Virus record (IMG/VR): IMGVR_UViG_3300028072_000001
Span: 4,203 to 68,202 of that record
DNA: 64,000 bases
Strand: one strand, 5' to 3'
Source of the DNA: a virus
Lineage: Duplodnaviria; Caudoviricetes
Below the pieces are notes generated by a model that was not told where the DNA came from, did no database searches, and saw only the letters and a program-made list of their open reading frames with translations. Shown piece by piece: positions 25,742 to 34,300 of the stretch; position 1 is the first letter of the stretch; each line of letters begins with the position of its first letter. A program made the position numbers and the translations under genes.

Positions 25742-26106
25742 GCGAGGGGAAGCAGGAAGCACGCATACGACGCTGGGAGTGGGAAGGGAAGGGCAATGAG
25801 CGACTGGATGAAACTTGCAACGCTATGGCTCATTTTCGGCCTAATCATCCTTTCGATTGGGCTGAGGATGGAATACTTGGCTTGGCAGTTGCGGCGCAGG
25901 ACGGAAAGGAAAAGCAAGTGAGCGAGCAAATTGAGCATGGCTGGCACTGCGAGTGGTGTTATCCCAGTGAAATACCGGCACGTGACCCAAAGTCCTGCAT
26001 GATTGCCAATTGCCCTAAGCATGGCAAGGTATGGGCGTGGTACGGACCAAGAGAGCGCCCTAGCAACCATGTGAGCGTACAACGGGCAGTGACCGGCGAG
26101 GACTAA
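25738..26106 (+). CDS. Hypothetical Cys/His-rich protein
   Basis: 122 aa; ATGA-coupled; HCEWC...CPKH. Confidence 0.55.
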   Translation: MSEGKQEARIRRWEWEGKGNERLDETCNAMAHFRPNHPFDWAEDGILGLAVAAQDGKEKQVSEQIEHGWHCEWCYPSEIPARDPKSCMIANCPKHGKVWAWYGPRERPSNHVSVQRAVTGED

Positions 26107-26107
26107 G

Positions 26108-26317
26108 ATGAACGAGAAGCGATCAGAGGACTTGGCGGACCTAATCTACGAGACTCCGAATCCTAAGATGTGCCGCAAGCACCCACGGCTGGTATTCTTC
26201 GATACCCACTATTGCCCTGCATGCACAATCGAAAAGGAAGTCCCGCGCCGGCAGCTTCGAGGTTCCGAAAAACAATTCCTTGCTCAAGTTGGCCGCAAGG
26301 ATGTAAATTTATCCTAG
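26108..26317 (+). CDS. Small hypothetical protein (CxxH...CxxC)
   Basis: 69 aa; GAGGA SD. Confidence 0.5.
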   Translation: MNEKRSEDLADLIYETPNPKMCRKHPRLVFFDTHYCPACTIEKEVPRRQLRGSEKQFLAQVGRKDVNLS

Positions 26318-26335
26318 TTCCAGGTAATCCATTCG

Positions 26336-26392
26336 AGGGGCCGGATGCCGCTACATCTGGCCTTTCCCTCTTAGCGGAGAGGAAAACATTTG
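26336..26392 (+). promoter_or_regulatory. Two-hairpin leader sequestering the SD of the replication-initiator gene
   Basis: Hairpin 1 GGCCGGAUG-CCGCUA-CAUCUGGCC (26339-26362); hairpin 2 UUUCCCUCU-UAGCGG-AGAGGAAA (26363-26385) contains the SD; the loops are perfectly complementary. Confidence 0.55.
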
Positions 26393-26851
26393 AGCGTTCA
26401 AGCGATTTCTTGGGTTATAGATTGTTCAAGGCACAAAGGTAATCCTCTCGTAGTTCTGCTAATGATCGGAAACCATGCCCGTTCTGACGGAACTGGAGCA
26501 TGGCCGTCTATCCATACGCTCGCCAAGGAATCCCGTTTGAGTGATCGTACCGTTCAGCGGTGCATTGCAGTTCTGGCCAAGAGCGGAGAACTGCGAGTCT
26601 CCAAATCCGCTGGTCCTTACGGCGCAAATCTCTATGCCATACCGGGTGTCAAACTGTCACCGGGGGGTGTCAAACTGTCCGAGAGGGGGTGTCAAACTGA
26701 CGCCCTAGGGGTGTCACAGGTGTCACCCAATCCGTCCTTAACCGTCCCTAAAGATAAAGAGCGTATTTTGTGGGCTATTCAGGAAAGCCAAAGAACCGGA
26801 ATCGACGCTGATACCTTGCTTGCACAAAAGAAAGACTTGACTATGGGCTAA
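26390..26851 (+). CDS. Phage replication initiator-like protein with an N-terminal winged HTH (HTH_36-type)
   Basis: MSVQAISWV...LVVLLMIGNHARSDG..AWPSIHTLAKESRLSDRTVQRCIAVL; internal iteron array; TTG start. Confidence 0.8.
   Translation: MSVQAISWVIDCSRHKGNPLVVLLMIGNHARSDGTGAWPSIHTLAKESRLSDRTVQRCIAVLAKSGELRVSKSAGPYGANLYAIPGVKLSPGGVKLSERGCQTDALGVSQVSPNPSLTVPKDKERILWAIQESQRTGIDADTLLAQKKDLTMG
26644..26725 (+). repeat. Iteron array, probable replication origin
   Basis: GGGTGTCAAACTG at 26644, 26665 and 26687, partial GGGTGTCA at 26709 and GGTGTCA at 26719. The 21-22 bp period is about two helical turns, and the array is inside the initiator gene as in lambda O. Confidence 0.8.
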
Positions 26852-26916
26852 GTCGTACGCTAATTTGCGGACTTCGTTCCACATCTCGCAGTTCACTAAA
26901 TCGGGAGGAACTACCA

Positions 26917-27300
26917 TTGGTAAGAAAACCGGAAGACACGCTACCAAAACACAAACCAAAGCAGACCGGGAAAAAAGGTATCGGACCGAAAGAAGACGAG
27001 GAAGCGCCGAAGCACAAACCAGAACTACTCTCCGACGCGAACAAGAAGCGCGGGAAGACCAGCCGGCTCCCAGGAATGGAAGACCCGGAAATCGAGGAGT
27101 TGGAAGACGCCGCTAGAGAATACGCGAATATCCGAGACGACCGCATGAAGTTGACCACAGCCGAAGTGGACACAAAGGGAACTCTCCTGGTGCTTATGAA
27201 GAAGCACAAAAAAGAGACCTACAACCACGATGGCGTTGAAGTGAAGATCACCCACGAAAAAGAAAACGTGAAAGTCCGGATAAAGAAGGAAAAAGACTAG
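26917..27300 (+). CDS. Hypothetical charged protein
   Basis: 127 aa; TTG after GGAGGA. Confidence 0.65.
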   Translation: MVRKPEDTLPKHKPKQTGKKGIGPKEDEEAPKHKPELLSDANKKRGKTSRLPGMEDPEIEELEDAAREYANIRDDRMKLTTAEVDTKGTLLVLMKKHKKETYNHDGVEVKITHEKENVKVRIKKEKD

Positions 27301-27524
27301 TGGCCGTTCCAGACACCCGCGACGGATTGGAGAGCCTAGGGTACAAGTACACAGGTTCGTCCGCATGCCGAGGGTGTGGCGCCGAGATGCAGTGGTTTGA
27401 AACGCCACGCGGCAAGAAAATGCCAATGTCCGCAGTATCAGGGACCGAGGACGACGAGTCCCAGAAGCTAGAAGCACATTGGACCGTCTGCCCGAACGCC
27501 AAAGACTTCCGCAAAAAGAAATGA
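27300..27524 (+). CDS. Small zinc-binding phage protein (CRGCGAEMQWF...HWTVCP)
   Basis: 74 aa; CxxC...H..C; coupled. Confidence 0.65.
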   Translation: MAVPDTRDGLESLGYKYTGSSACRGCGAEMQWFETPRGKKMPMSAVSGTEDDESQKLEAHWTVCPNAKDFRKKK

Positions 27525-27811
27525 AAGTCGAAGACTACAAACCGCTCGCCACGCTGGTCAAAGGTTACGAATTAAAGCCCGACCACTCCTACCTGTTTGT
27601 TTGCGACGGCAAGAAATTCAGTTACGAACTGGCCAACGCGCTACTGAAAGACGTTCGTGACCACCATCCCAACATTGGCGTGTTTATCATTGCTACGCCG
27701 AGGTCCAAAGGAATCGAGGTAAGAGAAAAACATGGCGAGCCAACCGAGTCTATTTCCAATATCGACGTACAGAAAGAAACCGGCGGTAGTTCTGGGACAC
27801 CAGAAGCATGA
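27521..27811 (+). CDS. Hypothetical protein
   Basis: ATG 27521 in an ATGA overlap. Confidence 0.55.
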   Translation: MKVEDYKPLATLVKGYELKPDHSYLFVCDGKKFSYELANALLKDVRDHHPNIGVFIIATPRSKGIEVREKHGEPTESISNIDVQKETGGSSGTPEA

Positions 27812-28058
27812 AGCCGTTGACAAGAAACTGGACGTGCCGCGGCTGACCGTCCAGTACGGCCGCATCCTGAACGTTCTGGCCGATCTTGACTGGCACACGT
27901 TGCAAGAGATTGCGGAAAAGACCAACACCCCGCATGGCAGCGTTGGCTCCCAGATTCGCAATGCCCGTGTCGCCGGCTACGTGATCGACAAGCGCCGTTC
28001 ACGACCAGGCTCCGGCCTATGGGAATACCGCTTTACAGGACAGAAGAAAGAAGTCTGA
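27732..28058 (+). CDS. Winged-HTH DNA-binding protein
   Basis: ILNVLADLDWHTLQEIAEKTNTPHGSVGSQIRNARVAGYVIDKRR...WEYR. Confidence 0.7.
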   Translation: MASQPSLFPISTYRKKPAVVLGHQKHEAVDKKLDVPRLTVQYGRILNVLADLDWHTLQEIAEKTNTPHGSVGSQIRNARVAGYVIDKRRSRPGSGLWEYRFTGQKKEV

Positions 28059-28101
28059 AATTGTGATACGCTTCCCGCGACCAAGGGAAAAAGGAGAATC
28101 A

Positions 28102-28713
28102 ATGAATCGACGCACGTTTACCGCACGCATAGCCTCATTTGTTTTGTTTCTCGCCGCTGGTGGTAGCTCGCTTTTGATTTCCGGCTGCAATGTGTTCTCC
28201 GACATACTATCTTGGGTTCCGGTCGGGGAGGCCGCGCTTAATTCGATTCTGGCTGTGTTGACCGGCAATGGTGTGGTTATCAGTCCGGCGGTTCAGTCCA
28301 TCATTGCCTTGATCGAATCTGGTTTCACCGCGCTCACCGCAGCCGTGAAGGAATACCAGAGCACCACACCACCGCCAGTTGGCGCACTGGCCAAAGTAGA
28401 AGCCGCGTTCAAGGCTATCGTGGACAACTTTTCTACTTTCCTTGCGGCTCTCAATGTCTCCGGCAGTCTGCTAGGAATTATCACCGGACTGGCGCAAGTC
28501 GTTCTATCCACCATCGCCGCATTCGTGAATCGTTTGCCGGCATCTACGGCCATGAAAGGCGTGCGAACCACAATTTCCAGCGTTAAGGTAGCAAACACCG
28601 CTGTAACCGTTACGCCAAAAGAACGAAATGCCAGCGCGTTCAAGAAAGACTTTGACGCAATCCTCAAATCCGCACCGGCAGATGTGAAAGTTCCACCGAC
28701 GGCGATTCTCTAG
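28102..28713 (+). CDS. Predicted Tat-exported lipoprotein with amphipathic helices
   Basis: MNRRTF twin-arginine motif, hydrophobic stretch, lipobox ISG|C; AAGGAG SD before ATG 28102. Confidence 0.7.
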   Translation: MNRRTFTARIASFVLFLAAGGSSLLISGCNVFSDILSWVPVGEAALNSILAVLTGNGVVISPAVQSIIALIESGFTALTAAVKEYQSTTPPPVGALAKVEAAFKAIVDNFSTFLAALNVSGSLLGIITGLAQVVLSTIAAFVNRLPASTAMKGVRTTISSVKVANTAVTVTPKERNASAFKKDFDAILKSAPADVKVPPTAIL

Positions 28714-28723
28714 GAGCTAATTC

Positions 28724-29524
28724 ATGGCACTGCAACTGTCACCAGCAGGAAGGCGTTACGGCTACAAACACGACTTGCCCGACTTCAGGGATTTAGGCGT
28801 TGGCCGCGCGCCACTCCAAGCGGCTACCACTACCGCTATGGACAATCTGGACTTTATGGGACCAGTGCTGGACCAAGGCAATGAAGGCTCTTGCACGGCG
28901 CACGCAGCCGCAGCCGACCGCGAATTTCTTCACTGGAAAGAAATCGACAATCGCGGCCAGGTCGTAGCGCCAGGCACGGAAGGAATGTATTCGCCGTCTT
29001 TCATCTACTATCTCGAACGGCAACTCGACGGAACACTTTCAGAAGGAGACTCCGGCAGTTATGGGCGAACCTCTTGCATGGCACTCAACAAATTCGGTTG
29101 TGCGCTGCGCTCCGAGATGCCTTACATTGCCGGAGACTTCACCACGGCGCCGACACAGGCGCAACTGGACTCCGCAAAGCAGTGGGCAACCGGCCAGTAT
29201 CACCGGCTCACTACCGTAGACGATATGAAGTCGTGTATCGCTTCGGGCTACAACTTCCGCATTGGTTTTACAGTCTACGAGTCCTTTGAGGCAATAGGAG
29301 CAAATGGCTTGTGGAGTCCAAACACTATGGAAAATGTGCTTGGAGGCCATGAAGTTTTGGCAATCGGATTCGACGACGCTGTAAACGGTGGGAGTTTCCT
29401 GGTTCGCAATTCGTGGGGACCGAAGTGGGGGAACTACGGTAACTTCTGGCTCCGGTATTCGGACGCAGCAAACTCCGATATTCTCTTGGACTCTTGGATT
29501 CAGCACTTGGGTATCTGGAAGTAA
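28724..29524 (+). CDS. Papain-family (C1A) cysteine peptidase
   Basis: DQGNEGSCTAHA (Gln/Cys), GGHEVLAIG (His) and VRNSWG (Asn): the catalytic residues are intact; no signal peptide. Confidence 0.9.
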   Translation: MALQLSPAGRRYGYKHDLPDFRDLGVGRAPLQAATTTAMDNLDFMGPVLDQGNEGSCTAHAAAADREFLHWKEIDNRGQVVAPGTEGMYSPSFIYYLERQLDGTLSEGDSGSYGRTSCMALNKFGCALRSEMPYIAGDFTTAPTQAQLDSAKQWATGQYHRLTTVDDMKSCIASGYNFRIGFTVYESFEAIGANGLWSPNTMENVLGGHEVLAIGFDDAVNGGSFLVRNSWGPKWGNYGNFWLRYSDAANSDILLDSWIQHLGIWK

Positions 29525-29551
29525 GAGTTTCCCCAGTAGTGCCGCACCGCC

Positions 29552-29590
29552 AAAGGCATGCGCTTACCCAACCCCGGCGCATGCCTTTTT
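29552..29590 (+). terminator. Intrinsic terminator after the peptidase gene
   Basis: AAAGGCATGCGC...GCGCATGCCTTT followed by a T tract. Confidence 0.7.
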
Positions 29591-29605
29591 AATTGGGAGG
29601 ACGTT

Positions 29606-29989
29606 ATGCACGACCCAGAAAAGAAAAAAGCAAGATGGAAGAGATGGTGGCTCCGCAACCTAGATCAGATTCGTCAAATGAGACGCAAAAACAGCTATAA
29701 GGACAGGAAGGTAAGAAGGCGATGGGAAGAGAATAACAGAGAGAAACGACAGAAGATTGCGGCAAAATATGCGGCAAAAAATCCTGAGAAACCGAGAGCC
29801 TACGCCATCCTCTACTATGCCCTGAAAACTGGCAAACTGACTCGGTCTGCTTTTTGCCAACATTGCGGACTTGTAGAAAAAACACAGGGCCATCACCACA
29901 AAGGCTACTCGAAAGAAAATCAGTTGAATGTAGTTTGGCTGTGCAAGATGTGTCACAAATTTGAACATAGGAAACAAAATGGAAAGTAA
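29606..29989 (+). CDS. HNH endonuclease
   Basis: CQHCG...QGHHHKGYS...NVVWLCKMCHKFEH; ATG 29606 after GGAGG. Confidence 0.8.
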   Translation: MHDPEKKKARWKRWWLRNLDQIRQMRRKNSYKDRKVRRRWEENNREKRQKIAAKYAAKNPEKPRAYAILYYALKTGKLTRSAFCQHCGLVEKTQGHHHKGYSKENQLNVVWLCKMCHKFEHRKQNGK

Positions 29990-30401
29990 ACCCTATGGCG
30001 AATTGAGTGACCTCTCGCTCATGGCATTATGCGTATACCGGGAAGCCAGAGGAGAGACTATTTTTGCAAAAAGAGCAGTCGCGCACGTTATAAAAAATCG
30101 CGCATCGCAGCCGGGATGGTGGGGCCACGATATTCAAAGTGTCGTACTCAAGCCTTGGCAATTTTCGTCTTTTAACGCTAACGACCCAAACTCTACCGTG
30201 TGGCCAGCAGACGATAGTCCGTCGTGGACAGATTGCCTTTCAGCGGCAGCGGCAGTCCTAGTAGGGGAAGACCCAGACTCAACCGACGGCGCCACCTTCT
30301 ACCACGACCTAAGCATGGACTGGCCGAAAGCATGGGGAAAAGAAACGGACTTCGTGAACACCCTAAACATCGGCCGCCTAAGATTCTATCGGCCTGTCTA
30401 A
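29979..30401 (+). CDS. Cell-wall hydrolase (SleB/Hydrolase_2 family); probable endolysin
   Basis: MALCVYREARGE...AVAHVIKNR...PWQFS...TDGATFYH...IGRLRFY; catalytic Glu in EARGE. Confidence 0.85.
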   Translation: MESKPYGELSDLSLMALCVYREARGETIFAKRAVAHVIKNRASQPGWWGHDIQSVVLKPWQFSSFNANDPNSTVWPADDSPSWTDCLSAAAAVLVGEDPDSTDGATFYHDLSMDWPKAWGKETDFVNTLNIGRLRFYRPV

Positions 30402-30643
30402 TCCTCTTTGAGTTGTCCAGCTATCTTGAATCTGGTTTTCCGGTCGTTTTCGCACGCTACCTGTAAAAGACTGCTATTGAAATGCCTACGGAGCGCGGCT
30501 CTTTCTTCATCTCGAATCTTTTGTCCCATGCGGTTCAGGTCTATTTTGGCTTGGTCGATTTCCGCTTTGTTGTTCGACAAGACTCTGCCGGCTGCATAAA
30601 TTGCTCCAACGACGAAGATAGCCGCAGTAATCCACTCGCTCAC
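30398..30643 (-). CDS. N-terminal TM plus coiled-coil protein; holin/spanin candidate
   Basis: 81 aa with one N-terminal TM; last gene of the late operon. Confidence 0.45.
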   Translation of the reverse strand: MSEWITAAIFVVGAIYAAGRVLSNNKAEIDQAKIDLNRMGQKIRDEERAALRRHFNSSLLQVACENDRKTRFKIAGQLKED

Positions 30644-30945
30644 AGAAGCAGTTCCTTCCGCAGTTCTTTCGGAATTTGCGCTTCGTAAACATAGAACTGT
30701 CTAATCAGGTGGGCTCGCCGTTCGGCTTTCTGGTCTAGCGAGTGTGAGGCTTCGTCCAAGCGTGCATGAATTATTTCTCGTTGGACAAATGGCCTAAGAA
30801 TTTCTCTTAGGTCGGCAATGTCGGGCTTACTCGGTCCAGTGCCGGTCCGCGCAAACTCATCTTCCATTTTAGCCGCCACCATAACTACGATGGCGGCCAA
30901 ACGTCCTTCGGGCGTATTTTCGTGCTTGAAGCTGCTTCCGTTCAC
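30640..30945 (-). CDS. Hypothetical protein
   Basis: 101 aa from GTG; coupled. Confidence 0.55.
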   Translation of the reverse strand: MNGSSFKHENTPEGRLAAIVVMVAAKMEDEFARTGTGPSKPDIADLREILRPFVQREIIHARLDEASHSLDQKAERRAHLIRQFYVYEAQIPKELRKELLL

Positions 30946-30966
30946 GGTACGGAGAGCCCCCCAGGT

Positions 30967-31299
30967 CTACGACTTCGGTTTATCTTCTACCTGCGTTTGC
31001 GCCGATGCAATAGCCTCCCCTGCTCTTTGTGTCGCGTCCTGTGCGGTCTGCAATGTCTGCTGTAGCTTATCTGGAGCGCCGTGCAGCGTCAGAAACTCAC
31101 CAAGACGGTACAAGCCCATCGAAATAAAACTGGCGCCCATCATAATGTACTGCTGCTTGGCTGTGATTCCAGCGATGGCGCCGCCACTGCCAGAGACGAG
31201 CGCGGCCGCTCCACCGCTCAAAAACGACCGCATGATTCCGATTAGCCAATCATTCCAAGCGTACTGCTTCGCGTTCGCTACGGCTGTTGAACCGATCAT
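30967..31299 (-). CDS. Small membrane protein; holin candidate
   Basis: 110 aa; two hydrophobic segments and a hydrophilic helical C-terminus. Confidence 0.5.
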   Translation of the reverse strand: MIGSTAVANAKQYAWNDWLIGIMRSFLSGGAAALVSGSGGAIAGITAKQQYIMMGASFISMGLYRLGEFLTLHGAPDKLQQTLQTAQDATQRAGEAIASAQTQVEDKPKS

Positions 31300-31315
31300 C
31301 TGGGCTGGTCTCCCT

Positions 31316-34300
31316 CTAGTTTAGTAACGAAAAACTATAGTCCGTCGGCGTCGCCGGCAAAGTGAAAAGCGTGACAGGGATACTAACCGTCACCACCCCT
31401 TTTGAGTACGACTGACTTACCTGTGTTCCGTTGAATCGTACTGTAGTTTGCCTTCCGCAATTTCCGCAAGTGATTGCGAATCGGCATGGGTTCTGGAAGT
31501 TAACTCCGTCTTGGCTGCAACCGCCGAGAGACACCTGAAAATTTTTTGGCGATACTCCTCCCGCATTCTCATTCACTAACACGCTCCCGACCGGAAAAGC
31601 GCGAACAATCACAATCGCCGGCGCCGGAGTGCTTGGAGGCGTAGGAGTCCTTCCCGTTCCGGTCAGCGGGATATTGTCTGGACTGGTAGACGCGCTGGTA
31701 GTGACTGTCACGTTTGCCGTGTCGCTTTGGACCACGTTCGGAGAAAAACTCACGTTCCATGAGCAGGAAGCCGAAGCCGCCAGTGTCGCGCCACAGGTGT
31801 TTGTGTCGATCAGGAATTGATTTGCGTTTGTTCCGGTTAGCGCGATGCTGGTAATCGTCAGCGTAGACCCGCCGATATTCACCAGAACGACCGACCGCGG
31901 ATTGCTGGTCGTTCCGCTGTCCTGGTTGCCGAATGCGATGCTGGTCGGGGTTAGGGATACCGCACCAGTCGGTTGACCGATGCCAGTCAGCGGATTGCTT
32001 CCGTTCACTGTGCCCTGAATCGTCAAGGTTCCAGACCGTGTTCCGATAGCCGAAGGCGTAAAGGTCATTATGACCGTGCAAGAAGAACTCGCCGCGATGG
32101 TTCCCCCGTTGGCGCAAGTGCCGGTCAACGAATTGGCGAAATTCGTTCCGTTCGTTCCGCCGATTACAAAATACGGCGTGCTCAAGACTTCCGGCGCCGT
32201 GCCCGTATTGGTGACCGTGATCGTCAACGGTGGTCCCGTTGTGGCTTGTGTCTGAGAGCCAAAGTCCGCCGGCGTAGGCGAAAAACTAAGCGCGGGAGTG
32301 CCGGCAGAAACGCCAGTTCCGGTAAGAGTAACGTTATCGGGAGTGGAAGCTGCGCTTGTCGAAAATGTCAAACTGGCCGACTTCGCTCCAATCGTCGTGG
32401 GAGAGAAGACCACATTGAGCGTGCAGGATGCGGCCGCAGCGAGTGTCGCTCCGCAGGTACTTCCGTTCGTCGAGAACTGATTGCTGTTCGTTCCGGTCAG
32501 GGCGATGCTCGAAATGGTGAGTGTTGCCGTGCCGGTATTCGTCAGCGTGACCAGCGTATTCCCGCTGGACGTTGAGGTTGTCTGGTTCCCGAAAGCGATA
32601 CTCGTTGGATTGAGGGACACGACGGCAGCGATACCAGTACCAGACAGATTCGTTGTGGCGTTCACCGTCCCGAAAACGTTCAATGTCGCCGTTCGGCTGC
32701 CCGTGGCCGATGGAGTAAACGTCAGGTTGATAGTGCAAGAGGAGCTTGCGGCCACCGTCCCACCGTTCGCGCACGTCCCAGTACCCGCATTCGCGAAGTT
32801 CGTGCTATTCGTTCCCGTGATCGTGAAGTAGGGAGTTGCCAAGACTTCGGAAGCTGTACCCGTATTGGACAAGGTGACCGTAACCGGCGAACTGGTAGTG
32901 TTCACATTCTGATTGCCGAAGGCCATAGGATTAGGCGCCAGCGCAACAGCAGGGAACGTGCCTGTGCCTGTCAGCGAGTCCGTAGCGTTTACCGTCCCTT
33001 GTATCGTTAAAGTCGCTGTGCGCGCCCCTGTAGCGGAAGGAGTGAAGGTCAGGATGATGGTGCAGGAGGCAGACGGCGCAATCGTGCCGGCATTAACGCA
33101 GGTTCCACCGCTCTGCGCGAAGTTCGAAGCGTTGGTTCCCGTGATAGTGAAGAATGGCGTCCCTAGAGTCTCTGTGCCTGTACCAGTGTTGGAGACCGTC
33201 ACCGTGAGGCCACCGCTAGTCGTTCCTTGCAACTGATTGCCAAAGGCTGCCGGACTTGGCGAGAGCCCGATAATCGGCTGAATCCCCGTTCCGGTCAGCA
33301 CGTTCGAACCGTTGGCCGTCCCTGAAATGTTGAGTGTCCCAGTCCTGCTACCCGTTCCCAGTGGAGTGAAAGTCAGAATGACCGTACAAGAGCCGGAGAC
33401 CGCGATAGTCCCACCATTGGCGCACGTCCCGCCAGATCGGGCAAAATCCGTGCCATTGGCTCCGGTAATCGTGAAGAAAGGAGTTGAAAGGACCTCGGCG
33501 CCAGTCCCGATGTTCGAGACCGTGACCGTCAACCCCGCGCTGGTGGTGTTCTGTAACTGGTTCCCAAAGGCACCAGGACTAGGCGAGAAGCTAAGTACTG
33601 GAACGGCCGGAACGACGCCTGTACCCGTCAGCGCCACATTGTCAGGGCTTGTCGCTGCGCTCGTTGTAAACGTCAAATTAGCTGTTTTGCTGGCCGCTGT
33701 CGTGGGAGTGAAAACCACATTCAAGGAGCACGAAGCACCCGCAACAAGGCTGGCGCCGCATGTACTGCTGTTGGTGCTGAACTCCGCGGCGTTAGCTCCG
33801 GTCAGGGTAATGCTGGTGATCGTGAGCGTGGACGTTCCGGTATTGGTGAGGGTTACCGCCTGGTTCCCGCTCGACGTATTTATGGTCTGATTCCCGAAGG
33901 CGATGCTTGTCGGGCTCAAAGAGACTACCGGAGCGACACCTGTGCCTGTCAGCGAATCGCTTCCATTCACCGTTCCCAGGATATTAAGAGTGCCAGAGCG
34001 CGCGCCGGCCGCCGATGGCGTGAAGGTCAGATTGACCGTGCACGTTGCGCTAGGCGCAATCGTTCCACCGTTCGCGCACGTACCCGTTCCAGCATTCGCA
34101 AAATTGCTGGAGTTGGTTCCGGTAATGGTGAAGTACGGCGTCGAGAGCGTTTCCGTGGCCGTGCCGGTGTTCGTCACGGTCAGGGTCAAAGGTCCGCTGG
34201 TCGTATTGACGTTCTGGTTTCCGAACGCTCCAGGGCTAGGCGTTACGCTGATAGCCGCTTGCGTACCCGTTCCGGTCAGGGAGTCCGAAGCATTGACCGT

